A stretch of 64,000 nucleotides of DNA from positions 384,001 through 448,000 of the forward strand of contig OZ252299.1 of NCBI GenBank assembly GCA_965250285.1, read 5' to 3'. The stretch is from Myxococcota bacterium. Its GTDB lineage: Bacteria; Myxococcota_A; UBA9160; UBA4427. Position numbers and translations under genes: made by a program. The stretch's first letter is position 1. Every line of letters starts with the position of its first letter. Shown here piece after piece: positions 38,393 through 48,457 of the stretch. A model generated the notes under the pieces. That model was given only the letters and a program-made list of their open reading frames with translations. It was not told the DNA's origin and did no database searches.

Positions 38393-38498
38393 GCCCTGCT
38401 CCCTTCGAGTTCGGGAGAGTAGCGAGGATCCGACGCCAGGGGCCAGCGCGGGCCGTCGTGGGCGCTGCGCCGTTGCGTTCGATGGCGCGTCGATGCGG

Positions 38499-39656
38499 TC
38501 AGTCGCGGCCGAGGATCGCGATCCCGCAGGCCGTGGGGTGACCGCCAATATTATGAGAAAGCGCAAGCTTCGGATCGGCGACCTGCCGGTCGCCTGCGCG
38601 CCCTTGAAGCTGCAGGACGTTCTCGTAGATCATCCGCACGCCGGTCGCCCCGGTCGGGTGGCCGAAGCTCTTCAACCCGCCGTCGGTGTTGACGGGAAGA
38701 GCGCCCCCGATCTCGAACCGACCGTCGGCGATGTGTTCCTTCGCGCTGCCCTTCTCGCAGAAGCCGAGGTCTTCGTAGCTGAGCAGCTCGGTGAGCGAGA
38801 AACAGTCGTGCACCTGGGCGACGCCGATCTCTTCGCCCGGGTTCGTGATGCCCGCCTGCGCGTATACGTCCTCGGCGGCCCAGCCCGTCGGCTTCCAAGA
38901 AAGGAAGTCGTTCGTCGGATCCTTCTGCGGGTTCGGGCCGCTGCGGATCGTGACGGCCTTCACCTGGACCGGGTCGTCGCGGAAGCTCTTCGCCAGGTCG
39001 CTGCGGGTCAGGATCGCCGCCGCCGCCCCATCGGTCTGCGCGGCGCAGTCGTAGAGCCCGAAGGGCCACGAGATGAGCCGGCCCTTCATGTAGTCGTCCA
39101 TGTCGATCTCGCGCTTCAAGAAGCTGTTCGGCGCGAGCGTGCCGTTGTGGTGGTTCTTGATCGCGATGCGCCCGAGGTCTTCGCGGGTGGCGCCGTACTT
39201 GTCGAAGTAGGTCGCGGCGCACAGCGAGAACCAGCCCGCCGGCGTCTTGGGCAGATCGCGGACCCCGTCCATCATCACGCTCGGCCCCGACACGCCGCGA
39301 TCCTTCGGCTTGTCGTAGCCGACCACCAGAACGGTGTCGTACATGCCTGCCGCGATCGACATCACGCCGTAGCGAAACGCGTCGGTGCCCGTTGCGCAGT
39401 AGTTCGAGACCTCGCTGACGGGCTTGTTGAAGAGCTTGAGCGCGTCGCTGCACTCGTGCGGGCCGGCCTGGCTGTAGATGCTGCCGGTGAAGACGGCCTC
39501 GATCTGCTCCTGCGGGTTGTCGATGCCCGCGTCGGCGTAGGCCTCGTAGGCGGCGTCCACGATCATGTCCGAGGGCGACTGATCCCAGTTCTCACCGAAC
39601 TGGCAGCAGCCCACGCCGACGACCGAAACCTTGTCGCGAATGCCTTCCCGTGCCAT
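38499..39656 (-). CDS. Acetyl-CoA acetyltransferase (SCP2-type thiolase)
   Basis: NYCATG (catalytic Cys), HDCF, GHPTGATG, HNIGG. Confidence 0.92.
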   Translation of the reverse strand: MAREGIRDKVSVVGVGCCQFGENWDQSPSDMIVDAAYEAYADAGIDNPQEQIEAVFTGSIYSQAGPHECSDALKLFNKPVSEVSNYCATGTDAFRYGVMSIAAGMYDTVLVVGYDKPKDRGVSGPSVMMDGVRDLPKTPAGWFSLCAATYFDKYGATREDLGRIAIKNHHNGTLAPNSFLKREIDMDDYMKGRLISWPFGLYDCAAQTDGAAAAILTRSDLAKSFRDDPVQVKAVTIRSGPNPQKDPTNDFLSWKPTGWAAEDVYAQAGITNPGEEIGVAQVHDCFSLTELLSYEDLGFCEKGSAKEHIADGRFEIGGALPVNTDGGLKSFGHPTGATGVRMIYENVLQLQGRAGDRQVADPKLALSHNIGGHPTACGIAILGRD

Positions 39657-39779
39657 CGAAGCTCCTCTCTCGAAGGCGCGGAAGGTACCGGATTCGCCCG
39701 CGGTTCGCGGTGCGGCGCGCCGTTTGGCCCGGCCTAGGGGGCGGTGCTGTGAGATGATGCGGGTTCGAGCGCACCTTTC

Positions 39780-41285
39780 ATGGAGCAGGTCGACCCGAGC
39801 ATGCCGCGTATCCCGTATGGCCAGGTGTTCACGCAGCGCGCCGCCGAGGCGCCGGACCGCGCGGCCCTTGTCTGTGGGTCAGTCACGTGGACGCGCGCCG
39901 AGCTCGAGACGCGCTCGAATCGGCTCGCTCACTGCTTCAGGCAACGGGGCGTCGGCGTCGGCGACCTCGTCACGATCGGTCTGCCCAATGGGCCCGAGTT
40001 CGTTGCGGCGGTCGTCGCAGCCTGGAAGTGCGGCGCCACGCCGAACCCGCTCTCGCCCCGGCTGCCCGAGCGCGAGGTCGCTGCGATCCTCGAGCTCGCT
40101 CAGCCGGCGCTGGTGATCGGCTTCGACGCGATCGACCACGGGTTCGCGTCGTGGCCGGTCGGCGCTGCGCCGCCGGCATCGACGTCACCGACGCCCCTCG
40201 GCGACGTCGTGGCGCCGCGCGAACGTTGCCTCGCCTCGGGCGGCAGCACGGGGCGGCCGAAGCTGATCCTGCTCGACGTGCCGAGTCTCTACGATCCGGA
40301 CGTCCCGGCGACGATTCTGACGCCGACGGGGCCGGTGCTCGTTCCCGGCCCCCTCTACCACGCGGCGCCCTTCGGCTCGCTCACTCAGGCCCTGCTGGCC
40401 GGCGAGCGGTGCGTGGTGATGGAGCGCTTCGATGCGGCGGGCTGCCTCGATCTGGTCGAGGCGCACGCGATCGAGCAGATCCTCTTCGTGCCGACGATGA
40501 TGCATCGCATTGCCCGGTTGCCCGAGGCGCAGCGCTGTGCGCGCGACGTATCCACCCTTCGCATGGTGCTCACGGGCAGCGCGCCGTGCCCGGCCTGGTT
40601 GATGCGGTTCTTCATCGAGTGGCTCGGGTCGGACGTGATGCACGAGGTCTACGGCGGCACCGAGCGGATCGGCGGCACCCACATCACAGGCGCCGAGTGG
40701 CTCGAGCATCCCGGCTCGGTGGGGCGACCCATCCAGACGACGCAGTGCGAGATTCGCGACGTCGAGAGCGGAACGTCGTTGCCGGTCGGCGAGATTGGCG
40801 AGATCTGGTTCAAGCCCGTCGCCGGACGCAGCTCGACCTACCGGTACGTCGGCGCCGAGCGCCGCGACGACGGCGCGGGCTGGGAGTCGATGGGCGACAT
40901 GGGTCGGCTCGATGCGGACGGCTACCTCTATCTCGCCGATCGTCGGACCGACCTGATCCTGACCGGCGGACGCAACGTGTACCCGGCGCAGGTCGAGCTC
41001 GCGCTCGAGGAGCACCCGCACGTCGCTTCGAGCGCGGTGATCGGTCTGCCCGATGTCGACCTCGGCCAGCGCGTGCACGCGATCGTCCAGACGACCGAGG
41101 CCGTCGATGACGCGGCGCTGCTCGGTCACCTGCGCGAGCGCCTCGTGCCGTACGCATTGCCCCGCAGCTTCGAGCGCGTCGACGAACCCCTGCGCGACGA
41201 CGCCGGCAAGGTGCGGCGTTTTGCGCTGCGCGCCGAGCGGGCGGGTGCGTCGGGCGGGGGCGGTTTCGAACGGCCGGCGAGCTAG
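39780..41285 (+). CDS. AMP-binding acyl-CoA ligase (bile-acid CoA ligase-like)
   Basis: SGGSTGRPK, PLYHAAP, YGGTE, GD.G.LD.DGYLY, GK. Confidence 0.92.
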   Translation: MEQVDPSMPRIPYGQVFTQRAAEAPDRAALVCGSVTWTRAELETRSNRLAHCFRQRGVGVGDLVTIGLPNGPEFVAAVVAAWKCGATPNPLSPRLPEREVAAILELAQPALVIGFDAIDHGFASWPVGAAPPASTSPTPLGDVVAPRERCLASGGSTGRPKLILLDVPSLYDPDVPATILTPTGPVLVPGPLYHAAPFGSLTQALLAGERCVVMERFDAAGCLDLVEAHAIEQILFVPTMMHRIARLPEAQRCARDVSTLRMVLTGSAPCPAWLMRFFIEWLGSDVMHEVYGGTERIGGTHITGAEWLEHPGSVGRPIQTTQCEIRDVESGTSLPVGEIGEIWFKPVAGRSSTYRYVGAERRDDGAGWESMGDMGRLDADGYLYLADRRTDLILTGGRNVYPAQVELALEEHPHVASSAVIGLPDVDLGQRVHAIVQTTEAVDDAALLGHLRERLVPYALPRSFERVDEPLRDDAGKVRRFALRAERAGASGGGGFERPAS

Positions 41286-42589
41286 GCCACGGCGAGTTCG
41301 AGGCTGCGCAGACCGCGCAGCACCGGGTTCGGCCGATACTCGGGCCGTTCGGTGACGAGCTCGAGCGTGGGCATCCGACGGGCGAAGGCTTCGAACGACA
41401 GCGCGCCTTCGAGGCGCGCGAGCGGGGCGCCCAGACAGAAGTGCGTCGCGAAGCCGAACGCCAGGTGCGGGTTCGGATCGCGGGTCAGATCGAGGCGCGC
41501 GGGGTCGGCGAAGACCGCCGGGTCGTGGTTCGCCGCGCCGATGTTGACCAGCACGAGGGCGCCCTTCGGGATCGTATGCCCCCTCATCTCGACGTCGGCG
41601 CTTGCGACGCGGACCGTCGCCTGGACCGGGCCGTCGAATCGAAGCAGCTCCTCGGTTGCGACCGGTGCGAGCTCGGGCTCGCTGCAGAGCTGCGTCCATG
41701 CGTCGCGCTCACGCATGAGCGCGAGCAGGCCGTTGCCGATGAGGTTGGTCGTCGTCTCGTGTCCTGCGAGCAGCAGCAGATTGCTCGTCGCGAGCAGCTC
41801 GAGATCGGTCAGGGTGTCCTGTGCTTCCTGGGCGGCGATCATGGCGCTGATCAGGTCGTCCTGCGGTCGCCGGCGTCGCTCGGCAATGACGTCGCGCAAG
41901 TAGCCGAGGATCGACTGCATCGCCGCGCTGCCGGCGGCCACCTGATCGGGATCAGGCGCGCCGAGGCTCGCGATCAATGCGCTCGACCACTCTCGAAACT
42001 GGCGATGGTCGTCGGTCGGGACGCCGAGCAGCTCGGCGATCACGATCGCGGGCAGGGGCTCGGCGAAGTCGTGGATCACGTCGAACGACCCGGTGTCTCG
42101 CGCGGTCTGCTCGGCCGCGTCGATCAGCTGCTGCACGAGCGCTTCGATGTGGCCGCGCAGCCGCTCGATGCGCGACCGCGTGAACGCCCGGTTCACGAGC
42201 TTGCGGATCCGCGTGTGGTCGGGGGGATCCATGATCAGCATCGTGCGCAGGCCGCGGCTGCTCTGCTGCAGGAACTCGGGCATGCGATCGAGATTCTGCT
42301 GAATGAGCGGCGCCTGCGATCGGTCGGCCGAGAAGTCGGCGCTGCGCAGCACGTCGCGCACGTCTTCGTAGCGCGTGAGCAGCCAGGCGCCGGGCCCGTT
42401 CCAGTCGGGGGTCGGCACTTCGAGCACGGGGCGCACGGTGCGGATCACGTTGTAGATCGGGTAGGGGTCGTCGACGTTGCCCGCGCTGCGCAGGGGCAGA
42501 AAGAGATCGAAGGGGACCTCGGGGTGCTCCGCGCGCGGCGCGGCCGGGCTCGGGCGCAGCGGCGGCTGCGGGGTGACGTCGGCCGACAT
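41282..42589 (-). CDS. Cytochrome P450
   Basis: AGHETT I-helix, EELLR, heme loop FGFATHFCLG. Confidence 0.96.
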   Translation of the reverse strand: MSADVTPQPPLRPSPAAPRAEHPEVPFDLFLPLRSAGNVDDPYPIYNVIRTVRPVLEVPTPDWNGPGAWLLTRYEDVRDVLRSADFSADRSQAPLIQQNLDRMPEFLQQSSRGLRTMLIMDPPDHTRIRKLVNRAFTRSRIERLRGHIEALVQQLIDAAEQTARDTGSFDVIHDFAEPLPAIVIAELLGVPTDDHRQFREWSSALIASLGAPDPDQVAAGSAAMQSILGYLRDVIAERRRRPQDDLISAMIAAQEAQDTLTDLELLATSNLLLLAGHETTTNLIGNGLLALMRERDAWTQLCSEPELAPVATEELLRFDGPVQATVRVASADVEMRGHTIPKGALVLVNIGAANHDPAVFADPARLDLTRDPNPHLAFGFATHFCLGAPLARLEGALSFEAFARRMPTLELVTERPEYRPNPVLRGLRSLELAVA

Positions 42590-42673
42590 CGGGTCGCCTC
42601 CTGATCGGGCGTAGGGGGGGCGAGATCAGCTTCGATCCCCGCCCTCGAGGCGGGGAGCTTCATCTCGGCTGGG

Positions 42674-42702
42674 TTGAAAATGACTGACCGGTTGGTCATG
42701 AT
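42674..42702 (+). promoter_or_regulatory. Promoter with embedded TetR-type operator between divergent P450 and TetR genes
   Basis: TTGAAA-17 bp-CATGAT enclosing imperfect palindrome TGACTGACCGGTTGGTCA (42681-42698); GTG start 6 nt after the -10. Confidence 0.65.
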
Positions 42703-42707
42703 AAGGC

Positions 42708-43352
42708 GTGCCCAAGATCCCGGCAAGCCAGCGAGATGCGTTCTACGAGGCCCGGCGCGACGAGCTGACCCAGGTCGCCCTCAAGCTCTGGGCCGAGCGC
42801 GGCTACGACAAGACGTCGGTGGCCGAGATCGCGCGCGAAGCCGGCGTCGCGAAGGGCACGTTCTATCTCTACTTCGATACCAAGCAGACCCTGCTGCTCG
42901 AGGTACTGCGGCGGAACACCCTGCTGCCGAACGTGCTGCGATTGATGGACGACCTGCAGCACGCCTCCCTCGAAGACTCTGTTGCCGGCTTCGTGCGGGG
43001 CAGCTGGCGCCACCTCGCCGAGCACCGCGAGCTGATCCTGCTGGTGTTGAGCGAGCTGCCGACGCACCTCGACGAGGCGCGCGCGTTCATCGAGAACGTG
43101 ATCGCACCGACGAACGAAGCGCTCGCGGGTTACCTCGAGTCGTACATGTCGAGTGAGCGCGCGAGTGAGCTGTCGTCGGTGATCGCCGTACGGTCTCTGA
43201 TCGGCATGGTGCTCGTCGTGTTCGTATCACAGGAGCTGCTCGGCGCCGGTCGCGTGCTGCCGGTCTCCGAAGACGACATCACGCGCACGATCACCGAGCT
43301 CTTCCTGCGCGGCGTCGCGCCCGAGACGGCCGCCGCCGCCACCGATGCTTGA
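42708..43352 (+). CDS. TetR/AcrR family regulator
   Basis: GYDKTSVAEIAREAGVAKGTFYLYFDTK. Confidence 0.95.
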   Translation: MPKIPASQRDAFYEARRDELTQVALKLWAERGYDKTSVAEIAREAGVAKGTFYLYFDTKQTLLLEVLRRNTLLPNVLRLMDDLQHASLEDSVAGFVRGSWRHLAEHRELILLVLSELPTHLDEARAFIENVIAPTNEALAGYLESYMSSERASELSSVIAVRSLIGMVLVVFVSQELLGAGRVLPVSEDDITRTITELFLRGVAPETAAAATDA

Positions 43353-43385
43353 GCCCGCGAACCCCCGCGCCCGCGGAGAATCGTC

Positions 43386-44696
43386 GTGAACTGGAGACAC
43401 TGGAGACCCGCGCGCGTCTTGCGCGTGCAGCTCGGCCTGGCTCGCGTGCTGCCGCGGTATCTGGCGCTCATCCTGAGAGAGCGCCGGCGCGCGGGCTCGA
43501 CGAGCCAGGCCGAGTGGGATCGCGTTCATGCGCGGGCCGCTGCGGAGATTCGGCGAGTCGCGCTGGTCTATGCCGGGGCGTTCGTGAAGGCCGCCCAGAT
43601 CGGCGGCGCCCGCGCCGATGTGTTGCCGCGCGTGTTCATCGACGAGCTGAGTCGGTTTCACGACGACGTGCCCCCTCGGCCCTTCGAGCAGCTGCGCCCG
43701 ATCGTCGAGCGTGACCTCGGCCGGTCGCTGTCCGACGTGTTCGCCGACGTCGACGCACAGGCGATCGGCGCCGCTTCGTTGGCCCAGGTGCACCGGGCGC
43801 GTTTGCGCGACGGCGAAGAGGTGGTGCTCAAGATCCAGTACCCCGAGGCGCGGCGGATCATCCCGATCGACCTCAAGATGGTGCGCCTCGTCGGAGCCAT
43901 CGCGAGTCGCGTGCAGCGTTACGTCGACATCGGTGCGGTGATCAACGAGGTGACACGCTTCATCGAGCGCGAGCTCGACTTCGCGGGCGAGGTCGCGTCG
44001 ACCCAGCGGCTCGCCGGGGTGCTCGATGACATGGCGCATGTTCGCGTGCCGCGCGTCCACGACGCGCTCTGTGGTCCGAACCTGATCGTGCTCGAGTACC
44101 TCGATGGCATCCAGGTGACCCGCACCGCTGAGCTGCAGAGCGCGGGGCACAAGCTGCCCGACATCGCGCGTCGTGTCGGCCACATCTACGGCGCGATGAT
44201 CTTCGAGCTCGGCTTCTTTCACGGCGATCCGCATCCAGGCAACCTGCTCGTCCTGCGCGACGGCACCATCGGTCTGCTCGACTACGGCCTCTGCAAGGCG
44301 CTGCCCGACGGCTTCGCGCTCCTCGTCGCGCGCATGATGGTCTCGGCGATGATCGGCGATGTCGACGACGCACTCGATGCGGCGGGTCGCCTCGGCTTCG
44401 ACACGCGCCATCTGCGCGCCGAGCATCTGCGGATCTTGATGCTGCGGATGATCGGCGACAACGACGGCGACGAGAGCGTCTTCGACGTGTTCGCCGAGAG
44501 CCGTGTCGAACGCATCCCCGAAGACTTTGCCCTCGTCGTTCGGACCCTCATCCTGTTGAACGGCTTGTCCGAACGGCTCGTACCGCATCGGCGGCTGCTG
44601 CAGGGGGCCTTGCTCGAGCACCTCGCCGCCGGAGCGGCGAAGGCGTTCGAGGCCGAAGACAGCGGTGTGGCTCCGCCCGTGCGCGCGGCGAGCTGA
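43386..44696 (+). CDS. ABC1/UbiB/AarF family atypical kinase
   Basis: FVKAAQ, AASLAQVH, LKIQYP, ELDF..E, HGDPHPGN, LDYG. Confidence 0.94.
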   Translation: MNWRHWRPARVLRVQLGLARVLPRYLALILRERRRAGSTSQAEWDRVHARAAAEIRRVALVYAGAFVKAAQIGGARADVLPRVFIDELSRFHDDVPPRPFEQLRPIVERDLGRSLSDVFADVDAQAIGAASLAQVHRARLRDGEEVVLKIQYPEARRIIPIDLKMVRLVGAIASRVQRYVDIGAVINEVTRFIERELDFAGEVASTQRLAGVLDDMAHVRVPRVHDALCGPNLIVLEYLDGIQVTRTAELQSAGHKLPDIARRVGHIYGAMIFELGFFHGDPHPGNLLVLRDGTIGLLDYGLCKALPDGFALLVARMMVSAMIGDVDDALDAAGRLGFDTRHLRAEHLRILMLRMIGDNDGDESVFDVFAESRVERIPEDFALVVRTLILLNGLSERLVPHRRLLQGALLEHLAAGAAKAFEAEDSGVAPPVRAAS

Positions 44697-44837
44697 GCCC
44701 CTTCGTGATGTCCGTTGGGTTTTGGTCCCGCTGACACGCCATGGCGTCAGGGGGGCGATCTCGTCTTGCACCCCGGGTCTCGGGCGTCGGAAGATGGAGC
44801 GCGTGATCCAGGGTTCGATCCATCGAGGAGAGCTTTC

Positions 44838-45242
44838 ATGGACATCGTGATTCCGCTTCCGATCAGTGCCCTTTACCTGGCGGTCTTCGCCGTGTTCTCC
44901 GGCGCGCTCGCCGCCTTGCCCGGCACGCTGCGCGGGCGCGAGGGCATCTCGATCGGCGATGGCGGCCGGAGTGATCTCCTCCTGGCCATGCGGCGGCACG
45001 GGAACTTCGTCGAGTACGTCCCGTACTTCATGACGATGTTCGTGGTGCTCGAACTGAACGGCGCTTCGGCCCCGTGGCTGCATGGTCTCGGGCTGTCGAT
45101 GGTCGTTGCCCGCGTCTGCCATGCGATCGGGCTGCAGGCCGATTCGATCTCGAGCCCGCTGCGTGCGGTGGGTGCCGGGGGCACGCTGCTTGTCACGCTC
45201 GTCGCAACCGTGCTGCTGCTGATGCAGTTCGTCGCCGGCTGA
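44838..45242 (+). CDS. MAPEG family membrane protein
   Basis: RRHGNFVEYVP, ARVCHAIG; RBS GAGGAG. Confidence 0.9.
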   Translation: MDIVIPLPISALYLAVFAVFSGALAALPGTLRGREGISIGDGGRSDLLLAMRRHGNFVEYVPYFMTMFVVLELNGASAPWLHGLGLSMVVARVCHAIGLQADSISSPLRAVGAGGTLLVTLVATVLLLMQFVAG

Positions 45243-45291
45243 GTCTCAGTCGGCGCGGCGCGGGGTGCGTCCGGGGTCTATCCTCGCGGAC

Positions 45292-45792
45292 ATGGCCGAG
45301 CACTACGCCGTCGAGAACCTCTTCGGAGAAGCGCCCACCGAGTTCGTCGAGCACGTCCCGCACTGTCGTGAGCTCGGCATGCGTTGCACCCGTGCCGGGC
45401 CGCGCACTGCGACGATGGTGGTGCCGCATCGCGACGCGCTCGTGGGTGACCCGGGCCGGGGGGTCGTGTTCGGTGGCGTCGTGACGACGCTGCTCGATCA
45501 GGCGGGCGGGGCCGCGACGCTCTGCAGTCTGCCCGAGCTCGTGACCATCGCGACCATCGATCTGCGTATCGACTATCTGCGCGCAGCCACGCCCGGTCGC
45601 GACCTGCACGGGCTCGCCGAGTGCTACAAGCGCACACGCAGCGTGGCCTTCGTGCGCGGCAAGGCCTGGGACGACGATCCCGAGGACCCTTTCGCGCACT
45701 TCATCGCGACGTACATGCTCGGTTCGACGATGGGCGACCACCCGCTCGAGAAGCTCGCTCAGGAGCGCGCCGGTTCGGAGCGCAGCGGGTGA
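45292..45792 (+). CDS. PaaI-family thioesterase
   Basis: VFGGVVTTLLD, ATIDLRIDYLRAATPG. Confidence 0.9.
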   Translation: MAEHYAVENLFGEAPTEFVEHVPHCRELGMRCTRAGPRTATMVVPHRDALVGDPGRGVVFGGVVTTLLDQAGGAATLCSLPELVTIATIDLRIDYLRAATPGRDLHGLAECYKRTRSVAFVRGKAWDDDPEDPFAHFIATYMLGSTMGDHPLEKLAQERAGSERSG

Positions 45793-46178
45793 GCGTCGAC
45801 CGGCTCGTCGAGGGCATTCCCTATGCGCGCTTGATCGGGATGGTCGCCGATCGGGACGACGAGGGGTTGGTCTGTCATCTGCCCTTTGCCGAGAAGATCG
45901 TCGGCAACGCTCGCCTGCCCGCCGTGCATGGCGGCGTGGTGGGTGCCTTTCTCGAGATGACCGCGATCCTCGCGCTGCTCGATGCAGGTGACGCTGAGCG
46001 CGTGCCGAAGCCGATCAACTTCAGCATCGACTACTTGCGGTCGGCGGGCCCGCACGAGACGTTCGGGCGAGCCGAGATCGTCAAGCTCGGACGTCGCATC
46101 GCCAACGTTCGGGTACTCGCCTACCAACAGGATCGCGGCAAGCCGGTCGCTGCGGGCATCGGTAATTTTCGGCTCTGA
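45789..46178 (+). CDS. PaaI-family thioesterase
   Basis: VHGGVVGAFLE, PKPINFSIDYLRS; GTGA overlap with the upstream thioesterase. Confidence 0.9.
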   Translation: MSVDRLVEGIPYARLIGMVADRDDEGLVCHLPFAEKIVGNARLPAVHGGVVGAFLEMTAILALLDAGDAERVPKPINFSIDYLRSAGPHETFGRAEIVKLGRRIANVRVLAYQQDRGKPVAAGIGNFRL

Positions 46179-46197
46179 CGCCGAGTCGGGGGGCACG

Positions 46198-46977
46198 ATG
46201 GAGCTGAGCGACGCGCTGGCGCAGTGGGAGGAGCGAGGCTTCTTCCTGATCCGAGGCTTCCGGTCGGCCGACGTCGGTGACGCCATGCTCGACCGCGTGA
46301 TCGAGATCGGGCGTGCTGCCAACGGCGAGTGGCTCTTCGAGGATCGGATCGTCACGCCCGAGCAGAATCTCGCTGCCGAAGTCTCGGCCGACTCGCCCGC
46401 CGAGGCGCGCATCTCGAAGATCTTCAAGCTGCATCGCGATCCGGTTTTTCGCGCGTTCATCGAGTCGCCCGACGTGCTCGCGATCGGCCGATCGCTGCTC
46501 GAGGCCGAGCTCGACTGTTTTCTCTCGCAGTTCATCTTCAAGAACCCGGGGGCGTGGGGTCAGCCCTGGCACCAGGACGGGTTCTACTTTCCGTTCGATC
46601 GCGAGCCGCAGGTCGGTCTGTGGCTCGCCGTCACACAGGCGAACGAAGAGAACGGCTGCCTGTGGGTCGTGCCCGGCTCGCACCGCGACGAGATTCACGA
46701 GCACGTGCCCGACCGACGGCCCAACGCCAACGTCGGCTACGTCGAGATCGTCGACCGCGACACGTCGACCGAGATTCCCGTCGAGATGGCACCCGGCGAC
46801 CTGTTGGTCTTCCACAGCCGCCTGATGCACCGCTCGAAGGACAATCTCTCCGACGGGCTTCGCGCCGCCATGGTCTATCACCTGGCCGCGCGCGGCACTC
46901 AGGACGTCTCGGGCCGAGCGTCGCCCGTGAACGACTGGTTGCCCCTCGACGTCGACGGCGGCGCAGCGGCCCCGTGA
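46198..46977 (+). CDS. Phytanoyl-CoA dioxygenase (PhyH) family Fe(II)/2OG oxygenase
   Basis: PWHQD, ENGCLWVVPGSH, MHRS..N.S...R. Confidence 0.92.
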   Translation: MELSDALAQWEERGFFLIRGFRSADVGDAMLDRVIEIGRAANGEWLFEDRIVTPEQNLAAEVSADSPAEARISKIFKLHRDPVFRAFIESPDVLAIGRSLLEAELDCFLSQFIFKNPGAWGQPWHQDGFYFPFDREPQVGLWLAVTQANEENGCLWVVPGSHRDEIHEHVPDRRPNANVGYVEIVDRDTSTEIPVEMAPGDLLVFHSRLMHRSKDNLSDGLRAAMVYHLAARGTQDVSGRASPVNDWLPLDVDGGAAAP

Positions 46978-46997
46978 CCGCGCTGGCCGGCGATCCG

Positions 46998-47399
46998 ATG
47001 AAGCGGATGAGGCCGTTTCTGCTGGTGACCGACGTTGGCTTCGTCGCGTACTGGGCGGTTTCTCTGCTGGTGCTCGTGGGACTCGACGTGGTGCCGAAGT
47101 CGTGGCTCTTCAAGGACTACGATGACCCCATCGTGTTCGCGTGGAACTGGTCGTTCTTTCCGCTCGACATGGTGCTGTCGGGCTGCGGCCTGTGGGCGGT
47201 GCGACGGCATGCGCGCGGCGACGAGGGCTGGCGCCCCCTCGCTGCGTTCTCGCTGGCGCTCACGTTCTGCGCCGGCTTCATGGCCATCTCGTTCTGGGTG
47301 ATTCGCTGCGACTTCGATCCGTCGTGGTGGGCGGCCAACCTGTTTCTCGCGATCTGGCCGCTCTTCTTCCTGCCGAAGCTGTGGCGCTCGACCGACTAG
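46998..47399 (+). CDS. YvaD/DUF5360-like membrane protein
   Basis: TDVGFVAYW, AWNWSFFPLD, LTFCAG.MAISFW; alternative GTG start at 46974. Confidence 0.75.
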   Translation: MKRMRPFLLVTDVGFVAYWAVSLLVLVGLDVVPKSWLFKDYDDPIVFAWNWSFFPLDMVLSGCGLWAVRRHARGDEGWRPLAAFSLALTFCAGFMAISFWVIRCDFDPSWWAANLFLAIWPLFFLPKLWRSTD

Positions 47400-48394
47400 A
47401 GCCAATCGGGGGTCGGCAGACCCTTCTCTTTCAGGAACGTCGGATTGAACAGCTTGCTCTGGTAGCGGGTGCCGCTGTCGCAGAGCAACGTCACGATGGT
47501 CTTGCCCGGCCCGAGCTCCTTCGCGAGGCGGATCGCACCCGCGACGTTGAGCGCGGCCGAGCCGCCAATGCACAGGCCCTCGTCCTTCAGAAGGCTGAAG
47601 CAGATCGGCAGCCAGTCGGCGTCGTCGATGCGGTAGGCGATGTCGATCGGCGCGTCTTCGAGGTTCGCCGTGATGCGCCCCTGCCCGATGCCCTCGGTGA
47701 TCGACGTGCCCTCGGCCTTGAGCTCGCCATGCTTGTAGTAGTGGTACAGGGCGGCACCGCCGGGGTCGCTGATCGCGATCTTGATGTCGGCATTGCGCTC
47801 TTTCAGCGCCATGCCGATGCCCGCGAGACTGCCGCCGGTGCCGACGGCGCACGTGAACGCGTCGATCGTGCCGTCGGTTTCGTCCCAGATCTCGGGGCCG
47901 GTCGTGCGGTAGTGACCGTCGCGATTGGCGACGTTGTCGAACTGGTTTGCCCAGATGGCCCCGGATGCCTCGCTCTTCGCGAGATCCTCTGCGAGTCGGC
48001 GCGAGACATGGACGTAGTTCTCGGGGTTCTTGTACGGGACGGCCGGCACCTCGCGCAGGTCTGCGCCGCACAGGCGCAGCATGTCCTTCTTCTCCTGGCT
48101 CTGGGTGTCGGGGATGACGATGACGGTGCGGTAGCCCTTGGCGTTGGCCACCAGCGCGAGGCCGATGCCGGTGTTGCCGGCCGTGCCCTCGACGATCACG
48201 CCGCCCGGCTCGAGCTGGCCCTTGGCTTCGGCGTCTTCGACGATCGCGAGAGCGGCGCGATCCTTGACCGAGCCGCCCGGGTTCAGGAACTCGGCCTTGC
48301 CGAGGATCGTGCAGCCGGTCTCTTCGCTCGCACGCTGGAGCTTGATGAGCGGCGTGTGGCCGATCGTGCCGATGAAGCCGTCGCGAATCTGCAT
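47396..48394 (-). CDS. cysK: Cysteine synthase A
   Basis: PGGSVKDR (PLP Lys), EGTAGNTG, NQFDN, GTGG, EGIG. Confidence 0.93.
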   Translation of the reverse strand: MQIRDGFIGTIGHTPLIKLQRASEETGCTILGKAEFLNPGGSVKDRAALAIVEDAEAKGQLEPGGVIVEGTAGNTGIGLALVANAKGYRTVIVIPDTQSQEKKDMLRLCGADLREVPAVPYKNPENYVHVSRRLAEDLAKSEASGAIWANQFDNVANRDGHYRTTGPEIWDETDGTIDAFTCAVGTGGSLAGIGMALKERNADIKIAISDPGGAALYHYYKHGELKAEGTSITEGIGQGRITANLEDAPIDIAYRIDDADWLPICFSLLKDEGLCIGGSAALNVAGAIRLAKELGPGKTIVTLLCDSGTRYQSKLFNPTFLKEKGLPTPDWL

Positions 48395-48457
48395 GGAGTC
48401 TCCGTATGCGCCCACGGAGGCGCCCGCCGATGTCAGATCATGGATCAGGGCTCGGGA

